Shown here in pieces: positions 1-9,528 of a stretch of DNA of 64,000 nucleotides. Position 1 is the first letter of the stretch. The number at the start of each line of letters is the position of its first letter. The notes below the pieces were generated by a model. It worked only from the letters and a program-made list of their open reading frames with translations, did no database searches and was not told the origin of the DNA. Source of the stretch: Pirellulales bacterium (GTDB lineage Bacteria; Planctomycetota; Planctomycetia; Pirellulales; JAICIG01); NCBI GenBank assembly GCA_040901675.1, contig JBBDYJ010000041.1, forward strand, positions 1-64,000, written 5' to 3'. A program made the position numbers and the translations under genes.

Positions 1-113
1 AGGTTACGAAAGCTACCCATTTCTGCTAGCTGACACAAGATTTCTTACAGGGCCCGCCCCATAAAAGTAGTCATGCGCCGTGATGAGTAGGACGAGCTTC
101 CTTGCTCCCTTCC

Positions 114-430
114 GGGTGGCTGGTGGCAAAGCGTCACCGTGCCCCAGTCTTCGCGTTCGCCTTGTCGCCTTGTCGTTCCTCCAGGGTGGCTGGTGGCAAA
201 GCATTAGCGTGCCCCAGTCTTCGTCGTCCGTCTTCCTCCAGCCTCCAGTCTCCGGCTTCCAGTCTGATTCAAGCGTGCCCCAGTCTCCGTCCGTTCTCCT
301 TGTCCCCTTGTCGCCTTGTCTCCTTGTCGCCGTGTCGTTCCTCCAGGGTGCCTGGTGGCAAAGCGTTAGCGTGCCCCAGTCTTCGTCGTCCCTCTTCCTT
401 CAGCCTCCAGTCTCCAGCCTCCAGTCTTGT
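114..430 (+). repeat. Cluster of ~34-bp REP-like elements (GGGTG[G/C]CTGGTGGCAAAGC..AGCGTGCCCCAG) with CTTGTC[G/T]C and CCTCCAG tandem repeats
   Basis: Copies at 114-147, 184-217 and 346-379, partial copy at ~271-283; the same element recurs at 3579, 16759, 16834 and 30476-30716. Confidence 0.85.
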
Positions 431-432
431 AT

Positions 433-552
433 TCACCAGGGCAGCCCATGGCGCACCCAGAGGTACGCCAGCAGGCAGATCAGCGGAAACAGCACGAAAA
501 TCGTGCCGTAGGTGAACACCGTGGTCCAGCGATGCCGTGGCCAACGCGCCAT
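433..552 (-). CDS. 39-aa single-pass membrane protein (MARWPRHRWTTVFTYGTIFVLFPLICLLAYLWVRHGLPW)
   Basis: Own translation, below the ORF-track cutoff. ATG at 552, GAGG upstream, extended -10-like TGCTAGAAT at 597-589, basic N-terminus plus one hydrophobic helix. Confidence 0.5.
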   Translation of the reverse strand: MARWPRHRWTTVFTYGTIFVLFPLICLLAYLWVRHGLPW

Positions 553-677
553 GGGGGCGGCCTCTTCGGGTGCAACTTTCCCTCCGCGATTCTAGCAAAC
601 TGCCGGCGCTGGTGCCCGCCTGGCAGCGGGTTGGCGATGGCCGGAGCCCTCCATGCACAATTTCATGAAGTTTTTCT

Positions 678-706
678 TTGACCGATTCAACTGAGAGAGC
701 GATAAT
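678..706 (+). promoter_or_regulatory. Putative sigma70 promoter of the Xre antitoxin gene
   Basis: TTGACC(678-683)-17 bp-GATAAT(701-706), 38 nt before the ATG at 745. Confidence 0.55.
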
Positions 707-744
707 TGGAATAGCCGATCAGCCACTTTCCAGGATCCGGTTCG

Positions 745-1170
745 ATGTCTACCAAAGCCCGAAAGTCCCGTGCTGCCCGGAAAGCCCCGGAAGCATTGGG
801 CAGCAGACGGGCGAAGGCCAGCCGCGCGACGTTGCGAAGCGCCGCCAAGCAGCCTGCCGTGCGAGACGTGCGCAAGAAGCTGGGCATGACGCGCAAGGCC
901 TTTTCCCGCCTGACCGGCTACTCCGAACGCACAATTGCCAACTGGGAAAGCGGCCAGCCTTTGGGCGGCACGAGGTTGCAGCGGATTGCCGAGATTCAGC
1001 GGCTCCAAAAGGCGTTGGCCCGCGTGATTCGAGCCGAATACATCGGCGAGTGGCTCCAGCGCCCCAACCAGGGATTCGCCGGACTTAAGCCGTTGGAAGT
1101 GATCGAACGCGGTGAAGCCGACCGGATCTGGAGAATGATCCACGAGCTTGAGTCGGGTGAACCGGATTAG
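745..1170 (+). CDS. XRE-HTH antitoxin with Xre/MbcA/ParS-type C-terminal domain
   Basis: HTH motif VRKKLGMTRKAFSRLTGYSERTIANWESG; C-terminal EWLQRPNQGFAGLKPLEVI matches the WL..PN..F.G..P pattern. Confidence 0.8.
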   Translation: MSTKARKSRAARKAPEALGSRRAKASRATLRSAAKQPAVRDVRKKLGMTRKAFSRLTGYSERTIANWESGQPLGGTRLQRIAEIQRLQKALARVIRAEYIGEWLQRPNQGFAGLKPLEVIERGEADRIWRMIHELESGEPD

Positions 1171-1328
1171 TCATCGCGGTTGGTGTAATCGATGCCTACG
1201 ACTCGATACATGAGCCCAACCCACGTGTGCGCTAAGGGTAGGCATTTCTCCAACGCGCGTTGAAGACGGTCTGAACTTCGCGTGCCTTCTCACCATCGGC
1301 TCGGGCCACTTAGACGGCGCGCGGGACC

Positions 1329-2177
1329 TCAGGAGTCCTTCGCAGTCGCCGTGAACTGCATCTGGATGCTCAACTCTTGCGGCGCGGGAGCGCTCAGCTT
1401 GATCTCGATGCGCGCGCCGTAGGGGAGCAACTGGGCCAGCTTGATGCGGCAGGCGGGCCCGGCGGTCTGGATCACCTGCGCTTGCGGAGTCACGGCGAAC
1501 GGTGGGCAGAACGCCAGGTGGGCCGTTGCCCCTCGCTGGCCCGTCGCCATGTCGACGCCCAGCGTGGCTCGCAGCACGTCGTCGCCGGCCGCGGTAAACG
1601 CCCTTACCACGTGCTGTGTCACGCGCTCCCGTTCGTCGTCTCCCCCCTTCGTCTCCTCCCCCGTTCCACCCTTCTCTTCCCACGGCTCGGCCGTCGCGGC
1701 TTCCGGCGGAGCTCTCAACGCAACGTCGGACCGGGCCGACGGGCGGCGCCATCCGCCCCGCCTCAGACTCCAGGCTGCGACTTCTTCGATCAGGAGCAAA
1801 GCCCAGAAAACGACCAGGCCGGCGACGCTCGCACTCGGCAGCACGAGTGCCGATCCCAGCAGCAGCAAACCGGCGGTCGGCAGCCACGGCATCCAATCGG
1901 TGCCTGGCCGCTCGCGCGCCGGCGGCAACGACCAGCCCAGCCGCGCCGCCGCGACGACCAGCGCCGCCACAACGCCGGCGCAGGCCAGTTCGGCCATGCC
2001 AGGCGCACTGCCCAGCGCTCCGGCCAGCCGGCGCGCCCAAAGCACCAGGCCGGCCAGAAAAACCAGGCCTGTCAAGCATCCGGCCGCCCAGGCGAGCAGA
2101 TTCTCCTGGCGGGAACGGCGCTCGGTCAGGATGGTCGTGCACCCGGCCGGCGGGCCGATGGCGATCCGGCTCTGCAT
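1329..2177 (-). CDS. Hypothetical multi-pass membrane protein, co-oriented directly downstream of metK
   Basis: Four hydrophobic segments then a soluble beta-rich C-terminal domain (AHLAFCPPF); starts 2 nt after the metK stop. Confidence 0.65.
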   Translation of the reverse strand: MQSRIAIGPPAGCTTILTERRSRQENLLAWAAGCLTGLVFLAGLVLWARRLAGALGSAPGMAELACAGVVAALVVAAARLGWSLPPARERPGTDWMPWLPTAGLLLLGSALVLPSASVAGLVVFWALLLIEEVAAWSLRRGGWRRPSARSDVALRAPPEAATAEPWEEKGGTGEETKGGDDERERVTQHVVRAFTAAGDDVLRATLGVDMATGQRGATAHLAFCPPFAVTPQAQVIQTAGPACRIKLAQLLPYGARIEIKLSAPAPQELSIQMQFTATAKDS

Positions 2178-2179
2178 GG

Positions 2180-3364
2180 CTAGCGGGCGGCCGCTTCCAC
2201 CCCCGCAGCTTCGGCCAGCTCCGAGGCGCGGTCGGTGTTTTCCCAGGTGAAGCCCGGTTCAGTGCGGCCGAAGTGGCCGCCGGCGGCGGTCAGGCGATAA
2301 ATGGGCCGCCGCAGGTCGAGGTACTTGATAATCCCGCTGGGCGCCAGCGGGAACAGCTCCTTGATCAGCTCGCAAATGCGGCCGTCGTCGATCCGGCCGG
2401 TCCCCTCGGTATCGACGTGGACGCTGATCGGCTGTGAAACGCCGATGGCGTAGGCCAACTGCACTTCGCAGCGCTCGGCCAGGTCGGCCGCCACGATGTT
2501 CTTGGCCACGTGCCGCGCCATGTAGGCACCGCTGCGGTCGACCTTGGTCGCGTCCTTGCCGCTGAACGCCCCGCCGCCGTGCCGGCCCCAGCCGCCATAC
2601 GTATCGACGATGATCTTGCGGCCGGTGAGTCCGCAGTCGCCGTGCGGCCCGCCGACCACGAAGCGGCCCGTCGGATTGATGTGATAGGTAATGTCGCCGT
2701 TGACCAACTCCGGCGGCAGCGCGGGCTTGACGATCTGGTTGATCACGAAGCGGCGGATCTCCTCTTGCTGGACGTCGGGGGCGTGCTGCGTGGAGACCAC
2801 CACGGTGTCGATCCTGACCGGCTTGAGCCCGTCGTACTCCACGGTCACCTGGCTCTTGGCATCGGGCCGCAGCCACGGTACGAGCTCCTGGCGGCGGGCC
2901 GCCGTCAGGGCATTGGTGATCCGGTGGGCCAGGGCGATGGGCAGCGGCATCAGCTCGCGCGTGTCGCTGCAGGCATAGCCGAACATCAGTCCCTGGTCGC
3001 CGGCGCCGATGTCCTTGCCCGTATCCTGGTTCTCGTTGACGCCCAGGGCGATGTCCGGGCTCTGCTTGTCGATGGCGACCATCACCGCGCAGGTGTCGGC
3101 GCAGATGCCCATCTGGTCGTCGACGTAGCCGACCTCGCGGATCACGTTGCGTGCGACTTCGGTGTAGTCGACGACCGCCTTGCTGGTGATCTCGCCGGCG
3201 AGGATGGCCACTCCCGTGGTGACCATCGTTTCGCACGCCACGCGGCTGTACGGGTCCTGGGCCAGCAAGGCATCCAGCACTCCGTCGGAGATCTGGTCAG
3301 CCAGCTTATCGGGGTGTCCCATGCTGACCGATTCGCTCGTGAACAGATACTTTCCAGATGCCAC
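2180..3364 (-). CDS. metK: S-adenosylmethionine synthetase
   Basis: [40 protein letters not shown] motifs; GTG start at 3364 with GGAGG RBS. Confidence 0.98.
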   Translation of the reverse strand: MASGKYLFTSESVSMGHPDKLADQISDGVLDALLAQDPYSRVACETMVTTGVAILAGEITSKAVVDYTEVARNVIREVGYVDDQMGICADTCAVMVAIDKQSPDIALGVNENQDTGKDIGAGDQGLMFGYACSDTRELMPLPIALAHRITNALTAARRQELVPWLRPDAKSQVTVEYDGLKPVRIDTVVVSTQHAPDVQQEEIRRFVINQIVKPALPPELVNGDITYHINPTGRFVVGGPHGDCGLTGRKIIVDTYGGWGRHGGGAFSGKDATKVDRSGAYMARHVAKNIVAADLAERCEVQLAYAIGVSQPISVHVDTEGTGRIDDGRICELIKELFPLAPSGIIKYLDLRRPIYRLTAAGGHFGRTEPGFTWENTDRASELAEAAGVEAAAR

Positions 3365-3439
3365 GGCCTTTACCTCCAAACCGGTGATGCTTGAACAAAC
3401 TCCACCAAACCGACGAAAACGACGCAGTTCGTGGCTGCC

Positions 3440-3445
3440 ATTATA
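3440..3445 (-). promoter_or_regulatory. Putative -10 box (TATAAT) of the metK promoter
   Basis: Perfect TATAAT ~75 nt upstream of the GTG in a GC-rich background; no clear -35. Confidence 0.45.
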
Positions 3446-3578
3446 GTTACGCAAGTGGGGCCAGAGAAGGGCATCGGGGGACAGGAGGCAGAGGTCAGAA
3501 GGCAGAGGGCCGTGCCACTGCTTGGAGGACGCGACCTGTCGCGTCCGAGAAGCAGTGCCGTCGTGATCGGCAGTGCCG

Positions 3579-3611
3579 GGGTGGCTGGGTCAAAGCGTTA
3601 GCGTGCCCCAG
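3579..3611 (+). repeat. REP-like element (same family as 114-147)
   Basis: GGGTGGCTGGGTCAAAGCGTTAGCGTGCCCCAG. Confidence 0.8.
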
Positions 3612-3696
3612 TGTGCAGGAGTCAGAACTTCCTCCTGCGGCGGACTTGCAGCACAGGCGGAGGTCACAAGTCAGACGACCTCGTCGTCTTTGTTCC

Positions 3697-3784
3697 CCTT
3701 GTCACCTTGTCACCTTGTCTCCTGTCACCTTGTCACCTTGTCTCCTGTCACCTTGTCACCTTGTCTCCTTGTCTCCTTGTCGTC
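3697..3784 (+). repeat. Tandem 7-8-bp repeat CCTTGTC[A/T] (~11 units)
   Basis: Directly visible: ccttgtcaccttgtcaccttgtctcctgtcaccttg... Confidence 0.9.
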
Positions 3785-3793
3785 TTCCTCCCC

Positions 3794-4747
3794 CTACTCG
3801 AGGTCCCTTTCGTCGAACAACTCGCGGTCCTGGCGATTGGCGAGCAGGCGGTGAATGCGCGGCTCGATGTCGAAGCTGATCAAGCGGGCCGAGCCGTCGC
3901 AGAACACGAACTGGCACCCGCCGGGGTGGCTGCTGCCGAAGCTGGCCGGATTGATTGCGCCGCTGTCGGGCAAGGGTCCGTGGACGCCCATCGCCCAGCG
4001 GTAGGTGTCCCAGTCGTAGCCGATGTACATGCTCTGGTCGTCGCCCGGATCGGTGCCCGAATCGCTGACCGATTTCTCGCCCGCCAGGTAAGTCAGCCCG
4101 CTGCCGTCGCGGATGTGCGCCAGGCCGACGCTGCTGCGCAGGTAGCAGATGCCGTTGGCCTGGGAAAAATCGTTCCAGGGCCAGCTCGGCGAGTCGCCGT
4201 CGGCCAGCGTGGGCGGCCCGGCGCCTCCGCCGCCGTCGAAGTCGCCGGCGTTGACGGCATAGTCGCTCTTGGCGACCATGCCGACCGCATCGACGTTGTG
4301 CGGCAGGTAGGCCAGGTTGTAGAGGCTCAGCTCCAGCCCGCGGCGGGTCGGGCAGACGAAGACGGACACCGGCGTCTGCGTCAGCTTGGTCAGCGCGGCT
4401 TTCTTGGCGAGCGGGTCCGCGAACCTTCCCATCCCGGCCAGGTCCTTGCGCTCCAGGTACGGCAGGATGGAGTAGAGCCAGCCGCCCGGCTGCTGCACTC
4501 CGGTGCCGCGGTCCGGATCGCCGACCCAAGCCCAGCCCCATCCGCCGGACGGGAAGCGCTGGTACGCCGAATGGTGTGACAGCATGGCCAGCCCTTGCTG
4601 CCGCAAATTATTGAGGCAATGGGTGCGGCGGCCCGCCTCGCGTGCCATCTGCACGGCCGGCAGGATCAGTGCCATCAGCATGCCGATGATCGAGATCACG
4701 ACCAACAGCTCGATCACAGTGAACGCCGCGCGCTTGCTTCGTGGCAT
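3794..4747 (-). CDS. DUF1559 (PulG-like) protein with prepilin-type N-terminal cleavage/methylation motif and H-X9-DG motif
   Basis: AFTVIELLVVISIIGMLMALILPAVQMAREAGRRTHCLNNLRQ at the N-terminus; SHPGGCQFVFCDGS near the C-terminus; ATG at 4747 with GGAGG RBS. Confidence 0.95.
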   Translation of the reverse strand: MPRSKRAAFTVIELLVVISIIGMLMALILPAVQMAREAGRRTHCLNNLRQQGLAMLSHHSAYQRFPSGGWGWAWVGDPDRGTGVQQPGGWLYSILPYLERKDLAGMGRFADPLAKKAALTKLTQTPVSVFVCPTRRGLELSLYNLAYLPHNVDAVGMVAKSDYAVNAGDFDGGGGAGPPTLADGDSPSWPWNDFSQANGICYLRSSVGLAHIRDGSGLTYLAGEKSVSDSGTDPGDDQSMYIGYDWDTYRWAMGVHGPLPDSGAINPASFGSSHPGGCQFVFCDGSARLISFDIEPRIHRLLANRQDRELFDERDLE

Positions 4748-5236
4748 TTCGGACCTCCACGGCAAAGCGTCTCACCCCGACCGGCTCGAATGAAGTGTGC
4801 TTTCAGCGGTCGCGGCGCCCCAATGCTACCACGTCGCTTGGCCACCGCAAAGATAATTTCTCCCGGAAGATCGTTCGCTTCGCCTTCGGCAACCACGGCT
4901 CCGGCGGTAGACCCGCCCGCGCCGCCCACGGAACGTGTTGCGTAGCTGCTGGTCGTCTGAGACCCGCAGCAGGCAAACTCCATTCCCTTCGCGGCTTTGC
5001 CGGTGCGAACTCTGGCCGGTCGAGCCGAGCGCTAAGGCCAGCGTGTAAACATATGACCAGTCCATGCGCCACCCCCCGATTGGAGAAAACTTTAGGAAAT
5101 CGGCGGACAATCTCCGGAATTCATGTCAGGTTTTTTGCCGGAATCTCGACTGTTACTGGGCGGGCAGAGCGCCAGCGCGGTCGGCGAAGGAATTGGGACT
5201 GCAAAAACGCCGGAATTGATAACAGAAGGTGCTGCC

Positions 5237-5774
5237 ATGAAAGAGCTTAAGGCTTTCCTCGCCAGCGGCGGCGCCCACCTGTGCCGGGTTCTGATGAAGG
5301 CCCGGCAACAAGCCCAGGGGTCCGGCGGCGACGTCTGGCAGTCCGCTGTAGACGTTTCCGCCCTTGTCCGAGCCGGTGCATCCGTCACGGCCGTTGAGTA
5401 TCTCTTGGCGGAAGCGTACGCCGAGGCCCGGACGGAGACGACAAAATCGGGTGCAGCCCTACGAAGCTTCGTCGAGGGCGGCAGGCGGGCCTTTGCGCCA
5501 GGGTCGTGCATCGTCCTCACGGGCGCCGGCACCGCCTTCGTCACCGGACTGCTTTGTCTTGCACCTGGCGGCCCAGGCCAAGACCGAACGGGCGATCGTC
5601 CGGGAGTTCGAGCGTCACCGCTGGATACCGGTAATCGAGAACCCCCTCACAGGAGAAGACGCCGAGCATGCCCGCCGCAACGCGGTTACCCGACTCAATC
5701 ACCGCCAGCAGCCGCTCCGCGTCGAATTTGCATCGCTCTCAGCGGGCAGAATCGGCTGCTTCTGCGTCGCGTGA
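5237..5774 (+). pseudogene. Frameshifted, probably internally deleted planctomycete regulator-like gene
   Basis: N-half in one frame (MKELKAFLASGG...CIVLTGAGTAFV); C-half in the +1 frame (QAKTERAIVREFERHRWIPVIENPL...NAVTRLNHRQQPLRVEF); junction near 5545-5570. Confidence 0.5.
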
Positions 5775-5924
5775 AAGATGGTGTGCAAACGGGGGCGTGC
5801 GCCCCACTTCCGGGTCTTTCCGAAAAAACACTTGCGATTCTCCACCCGACGGGGTACGTTTCGGAAAATTCGGCGGCCACCGCCAGGAGACTTCGCTTCT
5901 GAATCATGTTTTGTGGATTGAACG

Positions 5925-7052
5925 ATGCTTCGCAAATGGATCGCGGCTCTGCTGGTGGCTACCGTCGCCATCGGCGCCACTTCGTACATTCAGGAGCGTC
6001 CGCAGCCAGGTCAGCCCAGATTCGTACGCGTTCCCGTTCAACGAAACATTGTCCGCGATGCGCCTACGGCTCTTCAAGATGCACTCCCACTGTCCGCCTC
6101 GTTGCGCCTCTCGCACGACCTTGGCGTAGTTGCTCCCTACACAACGCACACGTGCCGGTTCTCGATTCCCAACAGAACCAACTCACTTTGGACCTTCAAG
6201 CAGGTTGACGTGACGTGTACGTGCACTGTGCCGCGTATATCTGGAACTGCAATAGAGCCGGGAGGCCATGGCTATGTCGATGTCCGGTATCGCGCGCCAT
6301 CAAAGGAGTTCGACGATCAGCGCCTTCTACACGTTCATTTTGCCGAGCGCGGCGCGCCAGCCATCAGTCTTCAAGTGCGCGCCAAAGTTCGGGAATTGAT
6401 CTCATTTTCATCGCCCGCAATTCTGTTCGGCGCGATCGGCAGCAATGCGAACGCCCAAGCTCACTTTGACATCCTTAACTACAGCGTTACGCCCTGGTCA
6501 AGCGTTAGGGTACTTCCAACAGCGGAATGGCTAACTTGCGATATTCGTCCAGAGTTATCCCTGAACCCGTCTGCCGGCCCGGGTGGGCCCCGGCAAGCGT
6601 GGCGAGTGATAGTCAACGTCAGAACAAAAGACCTCGACATCGGGCCTCATCAAGGGCACATTGACGTTGCAGTGCAGACTTCGAATGGGCCGCTAGTACG
6701 TCGCCAAAAGGCCATTCTGGAGGTATATCCTCCCGTAACGGTTGTCCCATCCCAACTGTTTTTCGGGCAGATTGCTGCGCGCGAATCAGTCGCCCGTAAG
6801 CTACTGTTGCGCTTTATAGCCCGCGAGCTTCCGGATACGGTTCGTCACATTCATATCAGGCATGACGTCGGCGATGAACTGACCGTCACCACAGAGAGGA
6901 TCTCCAACACGATGCATCAGGTCGTCGCAGAGCTTGCTCCAGAAACCGGTCGCTCTCGAAGCCTTCGCGGTGCAGTTTATATTTCATTCGGAAATGGCTT
7001 TCCGGAGTTGAAGGTGCCGGTCACCGCCACCGTTGAAGGAGCAGCCGAGTGA
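5925..7052 (+). CDS. DUF1573 domain (Ig/PapD-like) exported protein
   Basis: Signal/anchor peptide, then FSIPNRTNSLWTFKQVDVTCTCTVP...IEPGGHGYVDVRY (DUF1573 CxCT pattern) and further beta-rich domains. Confidence 0.85.
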   Translation: MLRKWIAALLVATVAIGATSYIQERPQPGQPRFVRVPVQRNIVRDAPTALQDALPLSASLRLSHDLGVVAPYTTHTCRFSIPNRTNSLWTFKQVDVTCTCTVPRISGTAIEPGGHGYVDVRYRAPSKEFDDQRLLHVHFAERGAPAISLQVRAKVRELISFSSPAILFGAIGSNANAQAHFDILNYSVTPWSSVRVLPTAEWLTCDIRPELSLNPSAGPGGPRQAWRVIVNVRTKDLDIGPHQGHIDVAVQTSNGPLVRRQKAILEVYPPVTVVPSQLFFGQIAARESVARKLLLRFIARELPDTVRHIHIRHDVGDELTVTTERISNTMHQVVAELAPETGRSRSLRGAVYISFGNGFPELKVPVTATVEGAAE

Positions 7053-7762
7053 TTCGATCAGCAGAAGTCACGACAGCCAGCCGCGAAATAAGGGGTCGCA
7101 ACCTGGAACCGCGCCATTCCGTCCGAGTTCCTCTGCGGATTCACACAGTCCTATTTCTTGGGCTTACCGGGGCTATCGTATTCTTTGCTGGCCGTCCTAC
7201 CGTTGGAAGCGATGACACCCAGAACGCGGTTGGGGGGGACAATGTGTGCGGCCCACGCTGCGTCCAGTTTTTATTGCGATACTATGGGAAAGAGGAGCCC
7301 GAACTCATTAACCTGGTTCGATCTATGCAATGGCCAGACATCGAGCAAGGCTCGACTTTCGAGTGCATCAACAACACCCTTCGGAAGACCGGAATTTACA
7401 CATTGCCCGTGCACATCAACACAGATGTGAAATTGTGCTGGTCAGCTCCAGTGGTTGTCCATCTGAAAGCTCAAGAGGGCGTTCCGGAGCACTACGTGGT
7501 ATGGCTGCCTTCTGCTGGGCCAGGCGCCGAGGTATGGGACGGTCTGAGAGGCGCAGGACCTGTCGACGAAAAGAAGTTCGCGGACTTGCGCTCTGGTAAT
7601 GTTCTTCTCACCGCCGCGCAGCCGATCACTGATGCTGGCAGCGCCTTTCGACTACGTCGGTCGTCCCGGCGTTTTCGCCTTTCAATCATATCGGTACTTG
7701 TCGTTGGCCTCTTACTCGCGTCTTGGAAGCTTGTTAACAACCAAGGAGGAAAAGCAAAATGA
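7049..7762 (+). CDS. Stand-alone C39-like cysteine peptidase with N- and C-terminal membrane segments
   Basis: NVCGPRCVQFLLRYYG (Cys), EHYVVW (His), VWDG (Asp); no ABC domain; GTGA overlap with the upstream gene. Confidence 0.85.
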   Translation: MIRSAEVTTASREIRGRNLEPRHSVRVPLRIHTVLFLGLTGAIVFFAGRPTVGSDDTQNAVGGDNVCGPRCVQFLLRYYGKEEPELINLVRSMQWPDIEQGSTFECINNTLRKTGIYTLPVHINTDVKLCWSAPVVVHLKAQEGVPEHYVVWLPSAGPGAEVWDGLRGAGPVDEKKFADLRSGNVLLTAAQPITDAGSAFRLRRSSRRFRLSIISVLVVGLLLASWKLVNNQGGKAK

Positions 7763-8229
7763 ACGGTCGCCATTGGGCTCTGCTTAGCTGTTGGATGCTG
7801 CTGATTGCTGGAGCGGCTGGTTCACTCACCGCTCCGCCTCACTGGAGCGTGCTGGCATCTCAGTCATTGCACAATATTCGCGCCGGGGCATGTTATCGGA
7901 CTACTGTTCATAACTGTCCAGAGCCAGTGACCAGTTGCGAAGAGTGGGCAACATGTATCGTTCCAGAACGTCACTGCTATGACTACCAGGTGTTTTGGGA
8001 GGAAGTACAAGACGAGTATAACTGGTTCACCTGTGATGAAGCGCTCGTGGGCGATTACTTCTGTATGGAGCCTACCACAAAGCACTGCTTTATTCGGTAT
8101 CAGTGCCTGCACGATTGCTTTGTCATAGAGGGTAATCTGGTTTGCTTGGTCGACATGGGCACAGGTCAACCCCAGCACTCTGTGGAGAGTGAGTTTTCGT
8201 ACTCATACGGGTGCGGCATGTCGGCATGA
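7759..8229 (+). CDS. Secreted Cys-rich protein, putative precursor (signal peptide + double-glycine-like leader + 12-Cys core)
   Basis: Strong AAGGAGG RBS; hydrophobic residues 6-25; LASQSLHNIRAG|AC motif; 12 Cys after residue 44. Confidence 0.75.
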   Translation: MNGRHWALLSCWMLLIAGAAGSLTAPPHWSVLASQSLHNIRAGACYRTTVHNCPEPVTSCEEWATCIVPERHCYDYQVFWEEVQDEYNWFTCDEALVGDYFCMEPTTKHCFIRYQCLHDCFVIEGNLVCLVDMGTGQPQHSVESEFSYSYGCGMSA

Positions 8230-8381
8230 AAGCGCGGCCGGCCAGCCATGGATGTTTACGCTCGCCGCAGAGGGGAATCCGCAGAATCGATAGGCGCAAT
8301 GGGAGAGTGGACGATTTCTGCTGGCGCGCTGAAGTCGCCACACCGCTTTAAGTGCAGTGGCAATCCGATAAAGGACCAGTT

Positions 8382-9461
8382 ATGCGATCGAGTATCGGGA
8401 AATCTGTCCTCTCCGCGTTGGCTATTTTTGCTGGATCGTCGAGGATGGTGCTGTCTGCTGAGACATTAGCAGCAGGGCAAGCTGACGTAGCTCGGCTTGT
8501 TTTGGCAGGCTACCGAGACAACCGAGAACGTCTTCGATCGGGGATATACCGGGCGACCGGCAAGCGCTCATACAACTCGAAGAGACACGGCTTTGACACC
8601 ACGGTTGATATGTCGCTGTTCTGCGCGTTCGATTTTGACCGTCAGCTCTTCCGCTTCGATCGAACCGAACCTCATTTCAACCCAAAGACCGCTGGGGACT
8701 CGATGGGTGGAAAGTTTGTCCGCACAGTTGATCGCGTCATCCAGCGCCACGACGGGGGCGACACCGTGACGATCCAACCGGCCGGCGCTCGGCCGCTTCA
8801 CGGGATCCTCCCATTTGACATTCGTGGCATCGGCAGCCTGAATCTTCCAGAAGTAGAGCGCGGTACCCAGGTCGAGCGCGCTTTTGCCAGCCCAGCCGGC
8901 TTTTTGGCCGAGGAGAAGATCGAAGCGGCCGTCGCCGAATCCGACCGCATCTATCGGTTGTCCTGGCTGCTGGCAAACGGGCAAGCGCGGCGCACGATCT
9001 GGTTCGACGCAGCCGCGGGTTACTCTCCGATACGCCTTGAAGACCGATATGTACCGGGCGAAGCCATGGCTATCGTCGAGGTTGCGTGGTCCAACGAATC
9101 AGGCGTCTGGGTTCCATCCACCGCACGGCTAGAGACACGTACTGGTTCGCTTGAGACGCAAGACATTCGGAGTTACTCGATAGCGTTCTATTGGAAACAG
9201 GTGAATGGTCCGGTACCCGATCGACTGTTTGCCGTTGAAGGAATGGAGGACGACACCGATGAGTTGTTCGTCGTTGATACCCGCCTGGGACAGCCGATCC
9301 TGATTAAGAAACCTGAGTCAGCCCCGCTTACTTCGCGTCCAGTGCGAGATGGACGGACAGCGGGCTGGGCAATCGTCATCGGCGCGAGCATTCTCGCCTG
9401 TTGTGCCCTGCTTTCTTACTACGTTTTTAGACGCAGAATACGGGGAGTGCGGGGTACCTAA
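8382..9461 (+). CDS. Exported beta-rich protein (LolA/LppX-like pattern) with C-terminal TM anchor and basic tail
   Basis: Signal peptide; RRTIWFDAAAGYSPIRLE...VWVPSTA...VPDRLF pattern; WAIVIGASILACCALLSYYVFRRR tail. Fold call is inference. Confidence 0.65.
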   Translation: MRSSIGKSVLSALAIFAGSSRMVLSAETLAAGQADVARLVLAGYRDNRERLRSGIYRATGKRSYNSKRHGFDTTVDMSLFCAFDFDRQLFRFDRTEPHFNPKTAGDSMGGKFVRTVDRVIQRHDGGDTVTIQPAGARPLHGILPFDIRGIGSLNLPEVERGTQVERAFASPAGFLAEEKIEAAVAESDRIYRLSWLLANGQARRTIWFDAAAGYSPIRLEDRYVPGEAMAIVEVAWSNESGVWVPSTARLETRTGSLETQDIRSYSIAFYWKQVNGPVPDRLFAVEGMEDDTDELFVVDTRLGQPILIKKPESAPLTSRPVRDGRTAGWAIVIGASILACCALLSYYVFRRRIRGVRGT

Positions 9462-9528
9462 GACGTAAGCGTTCTCGACACGCTGCAGTCGCAACCGCTG
9501 CTGCCCATCGCACGACGCACGCATCGCT

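Noticed and set aside
3365..3440. SAM riboswitch in the metK leader
   Set aside because: The leader is ~70 nt with only a weak GGTG..CACC hairpin and no recognisable SAM-I/II/V/SAM-SAH core; an Rfam search would settle it.
5540..5575. Programmed ribosomal frameshift in the regulator-like gene
   Set aside because: No slippery heptamer or homopolymer run at the junction, and sequence appears to be missing, which favours a deletion.
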